Shown in pieces: positions 50,891 to 62,300 of a DNA stretch of 64,000 nucleotides; within the stretch, counting starts at the first letter, position 1; each line of letters begins with the position of its first letter. The notes beneath the pieces were generated by a model. That model saw nothing but the letters and a program-made list of their open reading frames with translations, was not told where the DNA came from and ran no database searches. Made by a program: the position numbers and the translations under genes. The DNA is from Candidatus Latescibacterota bacterium. GTDB lineage: Bacteria; Latescibacterota; UBA2968; UBA8231. The stretch covers positions 3,616,001 to 3,680,000 of the forward strand of contig CBDFJF010000002.1 in the NCBI GenBank assembly GCA_965248265.1, read 5' to 3'.

Positions 50891-51619
50891 TTACAATCCG
50901 CTCGAAACGGTCTCCTGCAAGTTGATCGAGGCGACACTCAAGCTGTCCAACAACTGCCCCGGGTTCGAAAACTTGTAGTTCCTGTTGACCAGGCGCAGTT
51001 GAGCAGCCGAGTTGTTCGGGTCCGGTCGATCGACGGCACTGTAGCGCCCCAGATGAAAGTAGGCCTCCGACAACATCAACCTGACATGCCTGTCGTCGAG
51101 GTTGTCATGGCCGAGTTGGCGGCCTTGAGAATCAAGACGTGTGGCCGAGTCGTAGTCAGGCTCCGCCTCCAAGGCGTCGATGGAGTACTGCACCACATCA
51201 CCGAAATCGCCCTGTGCCAGCGAAACACCTGCCCGTCCGACCCAGGCATCGGCGTTGCGACGATCCAGGGTGGTCGCGATGTCGAATGCAAGCTCTGCAG
51301 CATCGAGATTCTGCATGGTCATGAACGACCAGCCAATTCCGTTCTGGGCCTCTGACTTCACCTCATTCTTGACGGCATCGACACCCTCAAGACCGTCGGC
51401 CTCATCAAGTGTGGCCGTGAAAAAGTCGATGGCCCCTTCCAGGTCGCCATCGTTGTACTGGGTCCAGTCGATGGGCAATCGATCCTTCAGCCGCTCCTCA
51501 CGCTTCTGTATTTCTCCGGGCCCGATCCCACTACCACCACCACAGGAGAGCAGAAACGCGCCTGCCAGGCACGCTACTCCCGATCGGATCACTGTCTTTT
51601 TTAGAATCTTCTTCTGCAT
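50891..51619 (-). CDS. TPR-containing lipoprotein
   Basis: Lipobox FLLSC after a basic N-terminus; TPR-like AQNGIGWSF, NADAWVGRAGV, LSEAYFHLGRY. Confidence 0.75.
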   Translation of the reverse strand: MQKKILKKTVIRSGVACLAGAFLLSCGGGSGIGPGEIQKREERLKDRLPIDWTQYNDGDLEGAIDFFTATLDEADGLEGVDAVKNEVKSEAQNGIGWSFMTMQNLDAAELAFDIATTLDRRNADAWVGRAGVSLAQGDFGDVVQYSIDALEAEPDYDSATRLDSQGRQLGHDNLDDRHVRLMLSEAYFHLGRYSAVDRPDPNNSAAQLRLVNRNYKFSNPGQLLDSLSVASINLQETVSSGL

Positions 51620-51653
51620 CCCGCTTTCCTCCAGCTCCTGTTTCGGTCTTCTA

Positions 51654-54600
51654 CTACTTCAACAACGTCATCCTCTTCGTGATTCCAGCACCAGCGCCTC
51701 CTTCTACCCGGTACAGATAGACACCACTGGCCGCCTTTCTGCCATCTGCATCGCGCCCGTCCCATAGGACTTCGTGGCTGCCGGAGCGCACCTCCTGATC
51801 ATCAAGCAAGAGTCGGACCATCTGGCCTGCCGTGTTGTAGATGGCGAGTCGTATCCGCGCACCGGAGGCGCTGCCCTCACCGGACTCAAACAGATTCCAG
51901 TCAGGAACAATGAACGGTATGGTGGTCTCTGGGTTGAATGGATTCGGGTAGTTGTTTCCCAGTTCCAGCATCGTGGGGAGGGTGTTTCCTCCTCCCTCTA
52001 CTTTGATCCCATGCGTCGTCCTGTTCGCCGCCCGATCCTGAACGGTGATCTCCAGGTAGTGATCGCCTGCGCCTACCGGGTCCGTCGGAGTCCATTCCAA
52101 CAGGCCGCCATCGATCGTCACGTCACCGACCCGCACGCCATCCAGGCTTACGGATATCGTTTCCAGGTCGACGCCACTGCCTCCATCCGTCAGCATCGCC
52201 TGCAACATCGAGCGTTGTGCGGTCGGTGCACTGATAATCTGGATCTCGGGACCGCGACCATCTCGCATGATGGCATAGCGGCCAAAGCGACTGAAACTCA
52301 TGACCTCGGTGGACCCGGCCACGTAGACCCACTTGCCACTCTCCTGCCGGTACAAGCCGTCTGCAGCGTCGTACTTTGCCGAGACCAACCTGAGGGCCGC
52401 CGCTTGCTTGAGATCTAGCTGTACGGGAAACAGATTCACGGCGGCACGCATGGTGAGTTCGGGGTGCAGTCCATCATTCGACCCGCCAGCCCCGCTCACC
52501 ACCATCTGCTGGTCTGAAACTCTCTCACTGTCCCGCTGCAACAGAACCTTGGTATCGCGCTCGACCGCACCAGCAGGTACCGTTACTTCGACATCACCCT
52601 GGCGGAGTGCAATCGCTTTGCCGGCAGTCGCCGTGCCAATGACGACGGAGGCAGAAGCCTGAACGTCAGTTCCTAGTTGGGTCTTGGCCTGCGCGGAAAC
52701 CGTCACTTCGCCTGCCTGGCCGGGCGGAATGACTGCACGGCCCGACCAGATCAGAATGCCCCTGCTTTCCAGTTGGGTCTCAATCTGAGTCACCGCAACG
52801 GTCGTATCGGTTGTGCCAAAGGAGAACACGACCGATGGAATACTCGCCAGTTCAGCCCTCGACATCACGAACAGGTTGAGGAACTCGACGTTGGTGGCAT
52901 TCGGTATGACGCGGACGGAGAACGAGATCTCGTCGGGCGACTCCACGACACGAACGACCATGTCCCCGAGCGCCCGGAATCCTCCACCCAGCTCAACGGA
53001 GAACGACAGCGTGTCCGAGCCTATTCGGTTGCCGAGAGCCGTGAGCGTGAGCTTGTGAGGCGGTAGCGGATCTATGAACGGTATCGTTATGGTCTGTCCT
53101 GACACCGACCAGATTGCCGTATTGGCCTCAGTGCCGTCCGGAAGGAAATCATTCAATGTGATGGTGCTGTCGGCGTCCCCCGCTGCAATGACAATCTCAG
53201 TAAACTCCTTCAGCGGCAGCGTGGCCAGTGATGGGTCTTGAGCGATGACGTTGATCGTGTCTCGGCCGGTCACGCCGATGGCAGTGTTCGTGGCGATGAA
53301 GACGACCTCCGTCTTCAAAGTATCAGATGAGAAGGCGGTTACCGTGTTGTCATCATTCACTTTGATGAAGAGGCCCTGTCCATCACCGACGATTTTTGCG
53401 CTCCATTCGATAACCGAATCCGGATGGGCTTCCGAGTCAAAGATGAAATCATTCAGCTGGAGACCACTGAATGCACCGCCGGCGATAAAGGATATGTCTG
53501 GTATGGAACGCAACGTAAGAATGTCACTCAGCCCAAAGTAGCGGACGGTCGTACTCGCTTTCTCAGTGCGCCCGAGGGAATCCGTGGCGACGAATTCCAC
53601 CGTATCAGTACCGGCGCTGTCGCTGAACGCGATCACCTTGGTGTCCCCACTCAGCAGGATGAAACCGACAGAGCCCGGCCTGGTGATATTCCACGTTATG
53701 CTGCTGCGAGAAATCAGCGGGGAAATCGTCAGATGATCATCCAGATCCAGTATTTCCGTCGGGATCAACCCCACCTCCGCCTGCAATGGCCCGATAGCGG
53801 GCTTGATCTCGAACAACCCCTCGCCCCCCTTCCCACCAGACTTAACGGTCACCAGCACCGTATCCTGCCAGGAGCGCCCACCGGGATCGATTACCTGAAA
53901 AATCACCGTTTCAGTCCGAAAAATAGCGCTTTCGGGGGCAAAAAAGGTCACCAGATTCGACAGCGGCGCGACACCAACCTGAAGATTGTCGCGATCGAAG
54001 TCACCGAGCACCTGCCAGGTCAACTCCTGCGGAGTATTGTCCGCGTCATGCGAGTAGTCGTCGAGGTCTATGTCCTTGTTCTGGTCGCCCCGATCCAGGA
54101 CGATATCCGGAATGCCGCCGACGACAGGACGGCCATCGGAGGAGTAAATCCGCAGCGTCAATTTGTCCGTCTGGTTACCCGGATCGGATACCGTCAGATC
54201 GACGGACTCGTAGCCGACGAAATCGGGAGGCGACTGTACGCTTAGCTGGCGTGCCTCATTGACGCTGATGTCCGTCGTATGCAACGGCGGGACAGCCCAT
54301 CCCAGCTCATTGTCAGCGTTGTCGGGGTCCTCGACGAAATCGTCCAGGTTCTGCAGGTCGCGCCCGCCTCCGGAAGAGAGCCGAATTGGAAAATCACTCG
54401 GAAAGACATCTGGAGGCAGGGCCTCGGCTGCCTCGAAAAAGATGATCATCGTGTCCTTGAGACTGTCGGGATCGGCTACTTCGAAGCTGACGCGACCATC
54501 GCCGACGAAAAGGGCGTCGCCCGTAACCTGCACGAGCTTGCTACCGTCTCCGCTGCGCGTCGTGTCGGCGAAAAAATGTCCTTCAGGGTCATCTACCCAT

Positions 54601-56075
54601 CTGAAAACGAGGCTGTCCAGCGGTGTGTCTACATCCCTGACGATCTCGTCGAAGCGGAAATTCCTGGTGCTGCCCCGGCTGATACGCGGATTGCGCTCGC
54701 TTTCGGGCAGAATGAACTCGGGCGCATCGGCCACACCTTCGACCTCGACGATGACTCGCAGCGTATCTCGCCCACGGGCTTCATCCTGAACCAGCACCCG
54801 CAACGAGTCCACGCCGGAAAAATCCGGCAGCGCCCACACCAGCAACTGGTGCGTAAGCTGATCGTCATCCCCTCTGATTCGCGCGTTCGTAGCGTTGGTC
54901 CCAACCGGGAGCGAGACCGCGTACACAAGGCCGTCATCCGGGTCCGCCAAATCCGGATCATCGACCATCCTGTCGAGATCGACTCCCTTGAACGCTATTC
55001 GTGCATCGAGTGAAAAACCTTCGGCGATAAAGGTGTGCTCGTCTTCCCTGAAGCGCACAGTGTCTCGTTTGACCCCGTCCGGTCCTCTTTCCAACGGACG
55101 ACCCAGAAAATCTCGGACAAATACAGGCGGATTATTGACGATTATATCAGAGAACTCGAACGAAGAAGGCACCGGTCCGGGAAAACGAACTCCGGCAATC
55201 GAATCCTGTGCTGTCCATATGACTCGTGTCCGTCCCGACCAACCCAGAAGAGGACGCACCTTGACGATGTTGCCATTGGGATCGATTTCGATCTCGAGGC
55301 TGTCAGTGGAGACCGGCGGTGTCAGTGAAAAGCTCCACTTCAGAGAGTCGATCGGTGACAGAACATTCGAGACGTAGGTGTTGAGTGAACCGATCTGTAC
55401 CGAGTCGGCCTCGCCAGGAAGCAGGATTACGTCTGGTATGTCAAAGAGTTCGAGGCCAAGGATATTGATCTCCATCCCCTGCGGAGCCGATCGAAACTGC
55501 CGCTCGCCCCCATCTGCAAGGATGACGCGTGTTTCGCTGATGGGATTTGAGTGGATACGTATTTGTGAGTTTTCCGCCGGCCGAATGGCTCGGAGTTGAA
55601 ACGTAGCGACCACGCCCTGGCCCGAACGACTTCGCTGTGCACCCACGCCTGGCCCCAACACGACCCGGTAATCGAGCAACATCAGATCGTCAGTGACCCC
55701 AAGGGCGTCATCGGACGAAACGAGCAGGTTGCGCTGCTCACCAGCTCCTTCAAACAACGGCCCGGGCACGAACGGCTGGTGCCCGGCGTTCGCCTGTCTC
55801 GATGTGTCGGCACCAGCGGTTATGTCGACGGGCCTCTGATCGGTTACAATGAAATTGTCCCTGGGAACGGTGACGAAGACGGCGATGCCGGAGGCTTCGA
55901 TGTTGCCCAGATCAGCCAGAATCTCAATGGTAACCGACTGGCCTATCTGGAGCTGGACCTGATCCCTGTTGGTGCCAGCCTCTCGCAAGCGGATGCTGTT
56001 CTGAGCGGTCGCCTGACTGGCGCCAATGACGACGAAGCACAGAACGACAAGGCATAATGTTCCGGCTACTTTCAT
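51654..56075 (-). CDS. Large secreted surface protein: cohesin-like N-domain, tandem cadherin-like repeats, C-terminal FlgD-Ig/T9SS-like sorting domain
   Basis: Signal peptide (ATA-Q); repeats with IPD..LDD[FY]..D[PA]DN..EL.W..V.DP; linkers VNNPP and VADAP; C-terminal NNYPNPFNPET..IYN..WDGRD..ASGVYLY..KRMTLLK. Confidence 0.85.
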   Translation of the reverse strand: MKVAGTLCLVVLCFVVIGASQATAQNSIRLREAGTNRDQVQLQIGQSVTIEILADLGNIEASGIAVFVTVPRDNFIVTDQRPVDITAGADTSRQANAGHQPFVPGPLFEGAGEQRNLLVSSDDALGVTDDLMLLDYRVVLGPGVGAQRSRSGQGVVATFQLRAIRPAENSQIRIHSNPISETRVILADGGERQFRSAPQGMEINILGLELFDIPDVILLPGEADSVQIGSLNTYVSNVLSPIDSLKWSFSLTPPVSTDSLEIEIDPNGNIVKVRPLLGWSGRTRVIWTAQDSIAGVRFPGPVPSSFEFSDIIVNNPPVFVRDFLGRPLERGPDGVKRDTVRFREDEHTFIAEGFSLDARIAFKGVDLDRMVDDPDLADPDDGLVYAVSLPVGTNATNARIRGDDDQLTHQLLVWALPDFSGVDSLRVLVQDEARGRDTLRVIVEVEGVADAPEFILPESERNPRISRGSTRNFRFDEIVRDVDTPLDSLVFRWVDDPEGHFFADTTRSGDGSKLVQVTGDALFVGDGRVSFEVADPDSLKDTMIIFFEAAEALPPDVFPSDFPIRLSSGGGRDLQNLDDFVEDPDNADNELGWAVPPLHTTDISVNEARQLSVQSPPDFVGYESVDLTVSDPGNQTDKLTLRIYSSDGRPVVGGIPDIVLDRGDQNKDIDLDDYSHDADNTPQELTWQVLGDFDRDNLQVGVAPLSNLVTFFAPESAIFRTETVIFQVIDPGGRSWQDTVLVTVKSGGKGGEGLFEIKPAIGPLQAEVGLIPTEILDLDDHLTISPLISRSSITWNITRPGSVGFILLSGDTKVIAFSDSAGTDTVEFVATDSLGRTEKASTTVRYFGLSDILTLRSIPDISFIAGGAFSGLQLNDFIFDSEAHPDSVIEWSAKIVGDGQGLFIKVNDDNTVTAFSSDTLKTEVVFIATNTAIGVTGRDTINVIAQDPSLATLPLKEFTEIVIAAGDADSTITLNDFLPDGTEANTAIWSVSGQTITIPFIDPLPPHKLTLTALGNRIGSDTLSFSVELGGGFRALGDMVVRVVESPDEISFSVRVIPNATNVEFLNLFVMSRAELASIPSVVFSFGTTDTTVAVTQIETQLESRGILIWSGRAVIPPGQAGEVTVSAQAKTQLGTDVQASASVVIGTATAGKAIALRQGDVEVTVPAGAVERDTKVLLQRDSERVSDQQMVVSGAGGSNDGLHPELTMRAAVNLFPVQLDLKQAAALRLVSAKYDAADGLYRQESGKWVYVAGSTEVMSFSRFGRYAIMRDGRGPEIQIISAPTAQRSMLQAMLTDGGSGVDLETISVSLDGVRVGDVTIDGGLLEWTPTDPVGAGDHYLEITVQDRAANRTTHGIKVEGGGNTLPTMLELGNNYPNPFNPETTIPFIVPDWNLFESGEGSASGARIRLAIYNTAGQMVRLLLDDQEVRSGSHEVLWDGRDADGRKAASGVYLYRVEGGAGAGITKRMTLLK

Positions 56076-56132
56076 TTTTCCCCTAAAAAACTCCGCAAAA
56101 TACACATGATGGACCCCTTCACACGGTTAAAG

Positions 56133-56148
56133 GGCAAAATGCGTGCCT
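56133..56148 (-). promoter_or_regulatory. sigma54 (-24/-12) promoter for the cadherin-like protein gene
   Basis: Minus strand AGGCACG-CATT-TTGC has exact GG-N10-GC spacing, about 60 nt upstream of the ATG. Confidence 0.65.
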
Positions 56149-56279
56149 GCGGACGAACGTCGATTCCATCGACGTTTTATGCCTTAGCGCTCTGCTGTAT
56201 TCGACCTCCTTTTCGCTATCAATAAATATAACAGTCTGGTGATCGAGCGGTTCCCTGGCCGCCATGGTGGGTGTTACGC

Positions 56280-56326
56280 AAAAAAAAGAGAGGCGCACCC
56301 GGGACAATCCCGAGTACGCCTCTTTT
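56280..56326 (-). terminator. Rho-independent terminator of the 2135-aa gene
   Basis: Minus strand AGAGGCGTACTCGGGA-TTG-TCCCGGGTGCGCCTCT followed by C and T8; the stem pairs fully with G-U only on this strand. Confidence 0.9.
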
Positions 56327-56358
56327 CAACTACTACCTCATGTAGTCGCCCAAGGCGG

Positions 56359-59300
56359 CTACTTGACCAGCATCATCTTGCGGATCTGCGAGAATTCACC
56401 GGCTTCCAGGTTGTAGAAGTAGACGCCGCTGGCGACGGCCCTACCCTGGGTGTCGGCACCATCCCACTTGAGGTTGTAGGTCCCCGCCTTCATCCTGTTG
56501 TCCACCAGCGTGCGAACGGTCTGTCCGAGCTGGTTGTAGATGCGCAGCTTGACGTCCCTTGCCGTGGGGATGTCGAACTTGATCTCCGTGGACGGATTGA
56601 AGGGGTTCGGGTAGTTCTGGTGCAGAGCCGCTATCGTGGGCAGTGCCGGTGCGCTGTCAACCTGCATCTGCACGCCTTGATAGTTGCTGTTCACCAGGTT
56701 ACCCGAGGCGATGTCGATGACACCGGGCTCATCGCCGAGCGTTACGAAATGCACGGTAACGAGATCAGCATCACCCCTCGCCGACCAACCCCGGCCGATA
56801 CGTGAACCAGTAACCTCGATCACGCCCGGCTGGACCCGCTGGAAGAAGAGCGAGCCGGCGGAGTTCTCGTCGAAGATGTCGCCCTGCTCCACGGCCTGAT
56901 CGGCTTCCAACGGCCTGACTAACTCAGGATCGTAGGTCATCGTCATACCGTAAGCAGTGACATCGTTCATACCCTCGACCGTCGCCGTCAGCTCGAAGAC
57001 CTTACCAGGCCACCAGGCTTCGACGTCTTCCATGCCCTCTACGCGGGCGATGGCACCGGCATTGTCTCCACCCACCACCGGCTTGAAGACCGGAGGTGCG
57101 CCGAACTTGTTGAAGTTCGTTGAGACGAACCCGATGTCGAGGGAGTTGATCACTCCGTCATTGTTGATGTCGGCGTCGCGGACGAAACCCGCATCAGCCG
57201 GTGTGAGGTTCCACACCGCGAAGATCTGGTTGGCGTCGGCGATGTCGACCTGATTGTCGCCTGTGGCGTCACCACCGAGCAGGAAGCCCAATGGGGTCGC
57301 CGGTGACAGGTCGCCGAGGGCGTCAGAGCCAAACGTCGGCTCGATAGCCTGCGTCAACCCGTTGAACAGGTTCAGCGTGTCGGTGCGACCCGTGACATAG
57401 CCAGGAGCCTTCACCGTCAACTCATAGATTCCTGGTGGAATCTGGATGAGCTGGAAGGTGCCGAAGCTGCTCGTGGGCACGTTGACGGAGTCCTCGAGGA
57501 CGCCGCCACCCAGATCCACTGGCGTACTGTCGTTGGATGCGATGTAGGCCTGGTCGGTGACGTCCTTGGTGCTACCGACCTCGCGCAAATGCACATCCAT
57601 CGTGTCAGCGTAATCCGAACGACCCTCCAACGGTACCGTCACCAGCAGGCGAGCCCGCGGTGTCAATATAACATTGGCGTCACGTGTCGGAGCTGCCAGT
57701 TGATTGATACCTCGATACAGCGCGGTGGTGCGCCCACTCTCCGTCGACCACTGCAACAGCGTGTCGAGCGGGGCGCCGCCGTCGAACTGCTTGACCAGCA
57801 GTCGTAGCGTCGCCGACACCTGAGAGCTGTCGAACGGCGTCGTCACGCGGCCGATAACCTCACCGGTCACGGAGAACTCGACGAAGTTCAGTTTCAGGAA
57901 CTGGGCATCACCCGTTGAGGTGTCGTTCTGGGCGATCGTGCTCGGCGCCTGGAAGGCCCCGACCGAGTCCACAAACGGCTGCACACCGGCTGTCACCGTG
58001 TCCTGATCGATCACCTCGAAGTACCTACGTGGCACGTCGAGATGAAGGGCGAACAGGTCAGTACTGCTACCCTGGGAGTTGATGAGGATGTCGAAGTCCA
58101 GGGTATCTCCGGAACTGGCAGTCAGCGCAGCCGGACCCATCTCAATGCTGTAGAGCGGATCCGTGCCGACCACGGACAGCGTTCCAGGTGCTTTCGACAG
58201 CACGGCTCTCTGTGCCTGCGAGCCGATACCGGTCGCGACCGAGTCGATCACTTCACTGATGTAGATATTCTCACCAAACCGTGGATTCGAACTGCCAGCG
58301 ATGAAAATATCGAACGTGGAGCCGCCCGCCAGCGCCGGGAACGAGGTCGTCTTCGTGTCCCAGTTGAAGAACTTGGGATCGCTCTCACGAATCGTCTGGA
58401 CGTGCGCGTTGGTCGTATCCGCACCAGTGATACTGTTGATGAGCAGCACGTCGGCATTACCGGTGCCGAGGCCGTTCATGTTACCTTCCAGCTGCGTCAG
58501 CGTGGAGTACTTGTTCGCTGGCGCGGCGTAGAGACGCAGGTAGGCATCGTCGGTGCCGGTGCCGTCATCGATCAGGAAAGCATCGTATTCCAGACGAATG
58601 ACATCACCGTTGATGAGGGTCTGTCCACCCGACGGCGGCGTCTTCATCGTCACCTTCGGTGCGCTGGAGGCGGGGCTCTCCTGTGTGCCGACCAGGAGCA
58701 CAGCGCCGCCCAACGATACACGGACGTTACCTGAGGAGCCGTCGTTGACGACCGCGTAGACCCACGCGGTATCAGTCGTGGCACCAACCTGGTAGGCGAA
58801 CGGGTTGGCCGAGTTGCCCGGCAAAGCAGCAACCGGAGCTGGGTTCTGCCGGAACACCTTCGGCAGGACACCCGGAGGATTGGCAAGATCCCAGACGAAC
58901 TGGTCTCCGCCCCCTTCGTCGTCCTCGGACAAACCGCTGATGATGAGCACGGCAGCACCCGAGTCAGTCCCCGTCGTAGCTACCAGGTCGGTCGAGTCCG
59001 TGCCAGAGAAGTCCTTGACGGCCGGATCGAGACCTGTGTAGTAGAGGGAGATCGTGGCGTTGTCATCGATGTCGACATCGGATCGACCACGCTGCCACTG
59101 GAACGTGTACTGCGTCTGCCCCTGCGTTGTGTTGATCTTGCGAGTTTCACCCGCGAGTGGTGCCGTGAATTCGAAGGCCGGCGAGTGGCGGATTGCGAGC
59201 GTCTGGGTAGACTTGCCCACTATCGTGCTGTCGCCGTCGGTCACCACAGCGTAGATGAAATAATTGCCCTGGGCAATCACCGAATCACCGGCGGCGCCCT

Positions 59301-62300
59301 GCGCGGTGACATCGAAGTCGAACTCGAAGTCGTCGTCCGTGCGCAGAGAGTCGGACAGCTGGACCGGTGTAGCACCAGCCAGTTCCAACGTCGCGTTCGG
59401 GAATATGCCGGCAGATATCGACGCATTGCTGTCGACCAAAGCGCTGGAGGTCGAAACAAAGAGCCGCACCTGGGCGTTGTCGTTGAAGTCGACGATCGTG
59501 AACAAGACCTTGAACGGATTCGTCTTCGACAGATCATCGAACTCACCGGTGTCGACGGTGTCGGTACCGGTCGGCGTGATCTGCTTGACCAGCGGAATAT
59601 GCCGGATGGTCAAGGGACCTTCACTGACGTCGAACACCGGGGGGTTGGCCCCGTCGTCGGCGACAGCGTAGATGAAGAAGGTTCCGTCCAGGATCTTGGT
59701 GATCGACTGGAAACCGTAGGCCGTCTGCAAGGTCAGGCCCGGGTTGTCCCAGGAGTAATCCTGGATATTGGTGTTGGATGTGCTTTCGGTCAGATCACCA
59801 CTACCGTCGGCGGCCAGTGATCCACTGGTAAAACCGGCGGTAAAGGCGTCGTTCTCATCGACGATGAGATTGCCGAAGGTGCGGATGTCGAGGACGCTCG
59901 TCAGACCGTTGTCCGGATAAGCGTACAGCTCCATCTGCAGTGAGTCGGCTCCCGTCGGACCTGTGGTAGCACCGACGTCGTCGTCATCGTCAAAGATCAC
60001 GTAACGGATCGTGAACGACTCATTGGCGAAACCGCTTGTGCTCGCACTCGGCGCCACAACTCGGACCACCGGTGCCACGTTGGCAGCGACGATGGCGATG
60101 TTGGCACCCATCTGGAAATAACTGCCAACCGGTGCCTCGCGTTCATCGCCTTGAGCCGCGTTCACGCCGACGTCGGCGACACCCGGGCGGGCGGCATCCA
60201 CACGGACCCCCTTGACGTAGGTGCCTGCGTGAGAACCTGCCGCGACGGCTCCGGGCCTTAGACTAATGCTCTGCGACACGCTCTGTTGCCCCGTGCCGCT
60301 AGGTCGCGCAGCCGAGCTCTGACTGATCACGAACAGGTTGTCAGCGGAGTCGGATGCCAGCACGTTGAGCTTGACCAGCAAGCCCACCTTGTCGGTATCG
60401 TCACCCCACTCGCCAAGGCCGACAGAGCCATCCTCGTCGTTCTGGCCCTGCCACACACCGTTGTCGTTCGTCGCCTCGACATCGTTGGCGATGCCTTTAG
60501 CGACGAAGGTGAGCGGAAAGTTTGCCGGGTCCAGGCTAGCAACGCCCATCGATGAGAACTGGATACTACGCCACTGCCCGGTCAGGAACCCACCCGGCGC
60601 ACTTGACGTCGACGGCGTTGTCGCACCGATACCAGCCCCGTTGGCGTTGTCGCCGACGGTGATGTGGACCAGGTTTCTGGACGACGTGGCCTGCGGGTTC
60701 ACAGGATTATAAACCAGGTTGTAGGCGAACCCGCCGACTGGCGTGGACTTGTCCTCATCCGTGATCACACGGCCGAGGATCTTGAAGTACGGAAGCGGAG
60801 CGATATTAGAATTGCTCAGCGCTGCCGAACCGCGTCCAGCCTGGTCCTGTCCCTGTGCAACTGCCAGGGGTCCCGTAGCGAGACCGGCGGCTATCGGCGA
60901 CCCACCCACGAAGGTCAGGTAAACGTTCGAATCCCCGGAAATCATGGCGATGTCGGGCTCGAACAGTTCCGGGTGCTTCTCGAGCACGCCGTCGTCATGG
61001 ATTGCCCCGTTGTTGGCAGCCGAGGCCACCACCTGAGGCAACTCCCACTCCTGCCCGTTGAAGCGGCTGTACAAGATTTTGACAGCCTGGCCGGTACCCC
61101 CAGTTACATCTCTCGAAACAGCGTCATTGCTGCCGGCGCCGGAGAAGACGATGTGCAGATCTCCCTGGTCGGCGCGGCGGTCGTCGACGACGGCTCCGAT
61201 GCGGTCAGAGAAAGCCCAGTGGTTCTCTATCTGGTAGCCACGCATGTTCTGGAACAGCGGGGCCGGATTACCCGTGGTGTATGTTGCAGCGGCGGCCACG
61301 TTGGTCGGGAACGCCTGGGTGGGCGTGCCGTCGAACGAGCCAGGACCGATGCCACCGTCGTAGCTGTAGAAATCGTAGTTGATGTTCTCGTCGTTGCCGT
61401 CAGTACCGGCGGCGGCGTCCGTGTGTTTCCACAGCACGTAGATCCGGTCCGGACTGCGCTGCCTGTCGACGACGACGGTGGAAAAGATATGTACTGCGCT
61501 ATTGCCCACAGCTTGCGCTGCAAAGGTGCGGTCACTCGATAGTCCGCCACCAGCAGTATTGGCTGCAATTATAGCAGCCGTGGGCCCCAAGCCGAGGTTG
61601 GCGGGCTCGTCATCGAGTGACCCGACGACATCTCCGCCCACACCTTGGTTCCAACCCGCCGCGGACACGTCATCCCACACGCTGGCTGGAACGGTCTTGT
61701 GCACGATAGACTCTACACCGGCTCCGTTTTCGTCATACCAGGAAACGTGAAGAACATCGTCATCCCCCACGGCGATGTCCGGAGCCCGACCACTGGATCC
61801 GTCTAGATCGACGCGCACGCCACCGCGACTGGCCGTATTGCCGGTCGAACCGATCTGCACGGCTTGCGCGCTGCCACCCGTGAGGCTGTCAGCGTCCATC
61901 TTGGCCACGATGACATCCTCAAAATTGGCCGTAGCGTTATTGAGCTGCCGCTCGTAGACGATGAAACAGTCGTCCGTCAAGGTGATGGCCATACGCGGGA
62001 ACGCATTGCTGCGCCCCTGGACAGTGGCCGTGTCGTTGACGACAACCGCATCGTTCGCCGGCAACCAGGAACTGCCGCCGTCATTGGAGTAGTTGAAGTA
62101 GATATTGTCGTACCCCTTACGGTCATTACCGGTACCAGTGGTAGTCTGGTTTTCGGTTATGCCTCCGGTCACGCCATCCGGAGAATGGTCCATCGCGTAC
62201 ACCACACGCGGATTTCCTCTGCCGTCAACGACGATATCGACGGTCGAGAAACCAGAGTCCATCGTCATGCTGGAGGTGATCAGATCAAAGCGCAGAGTTC

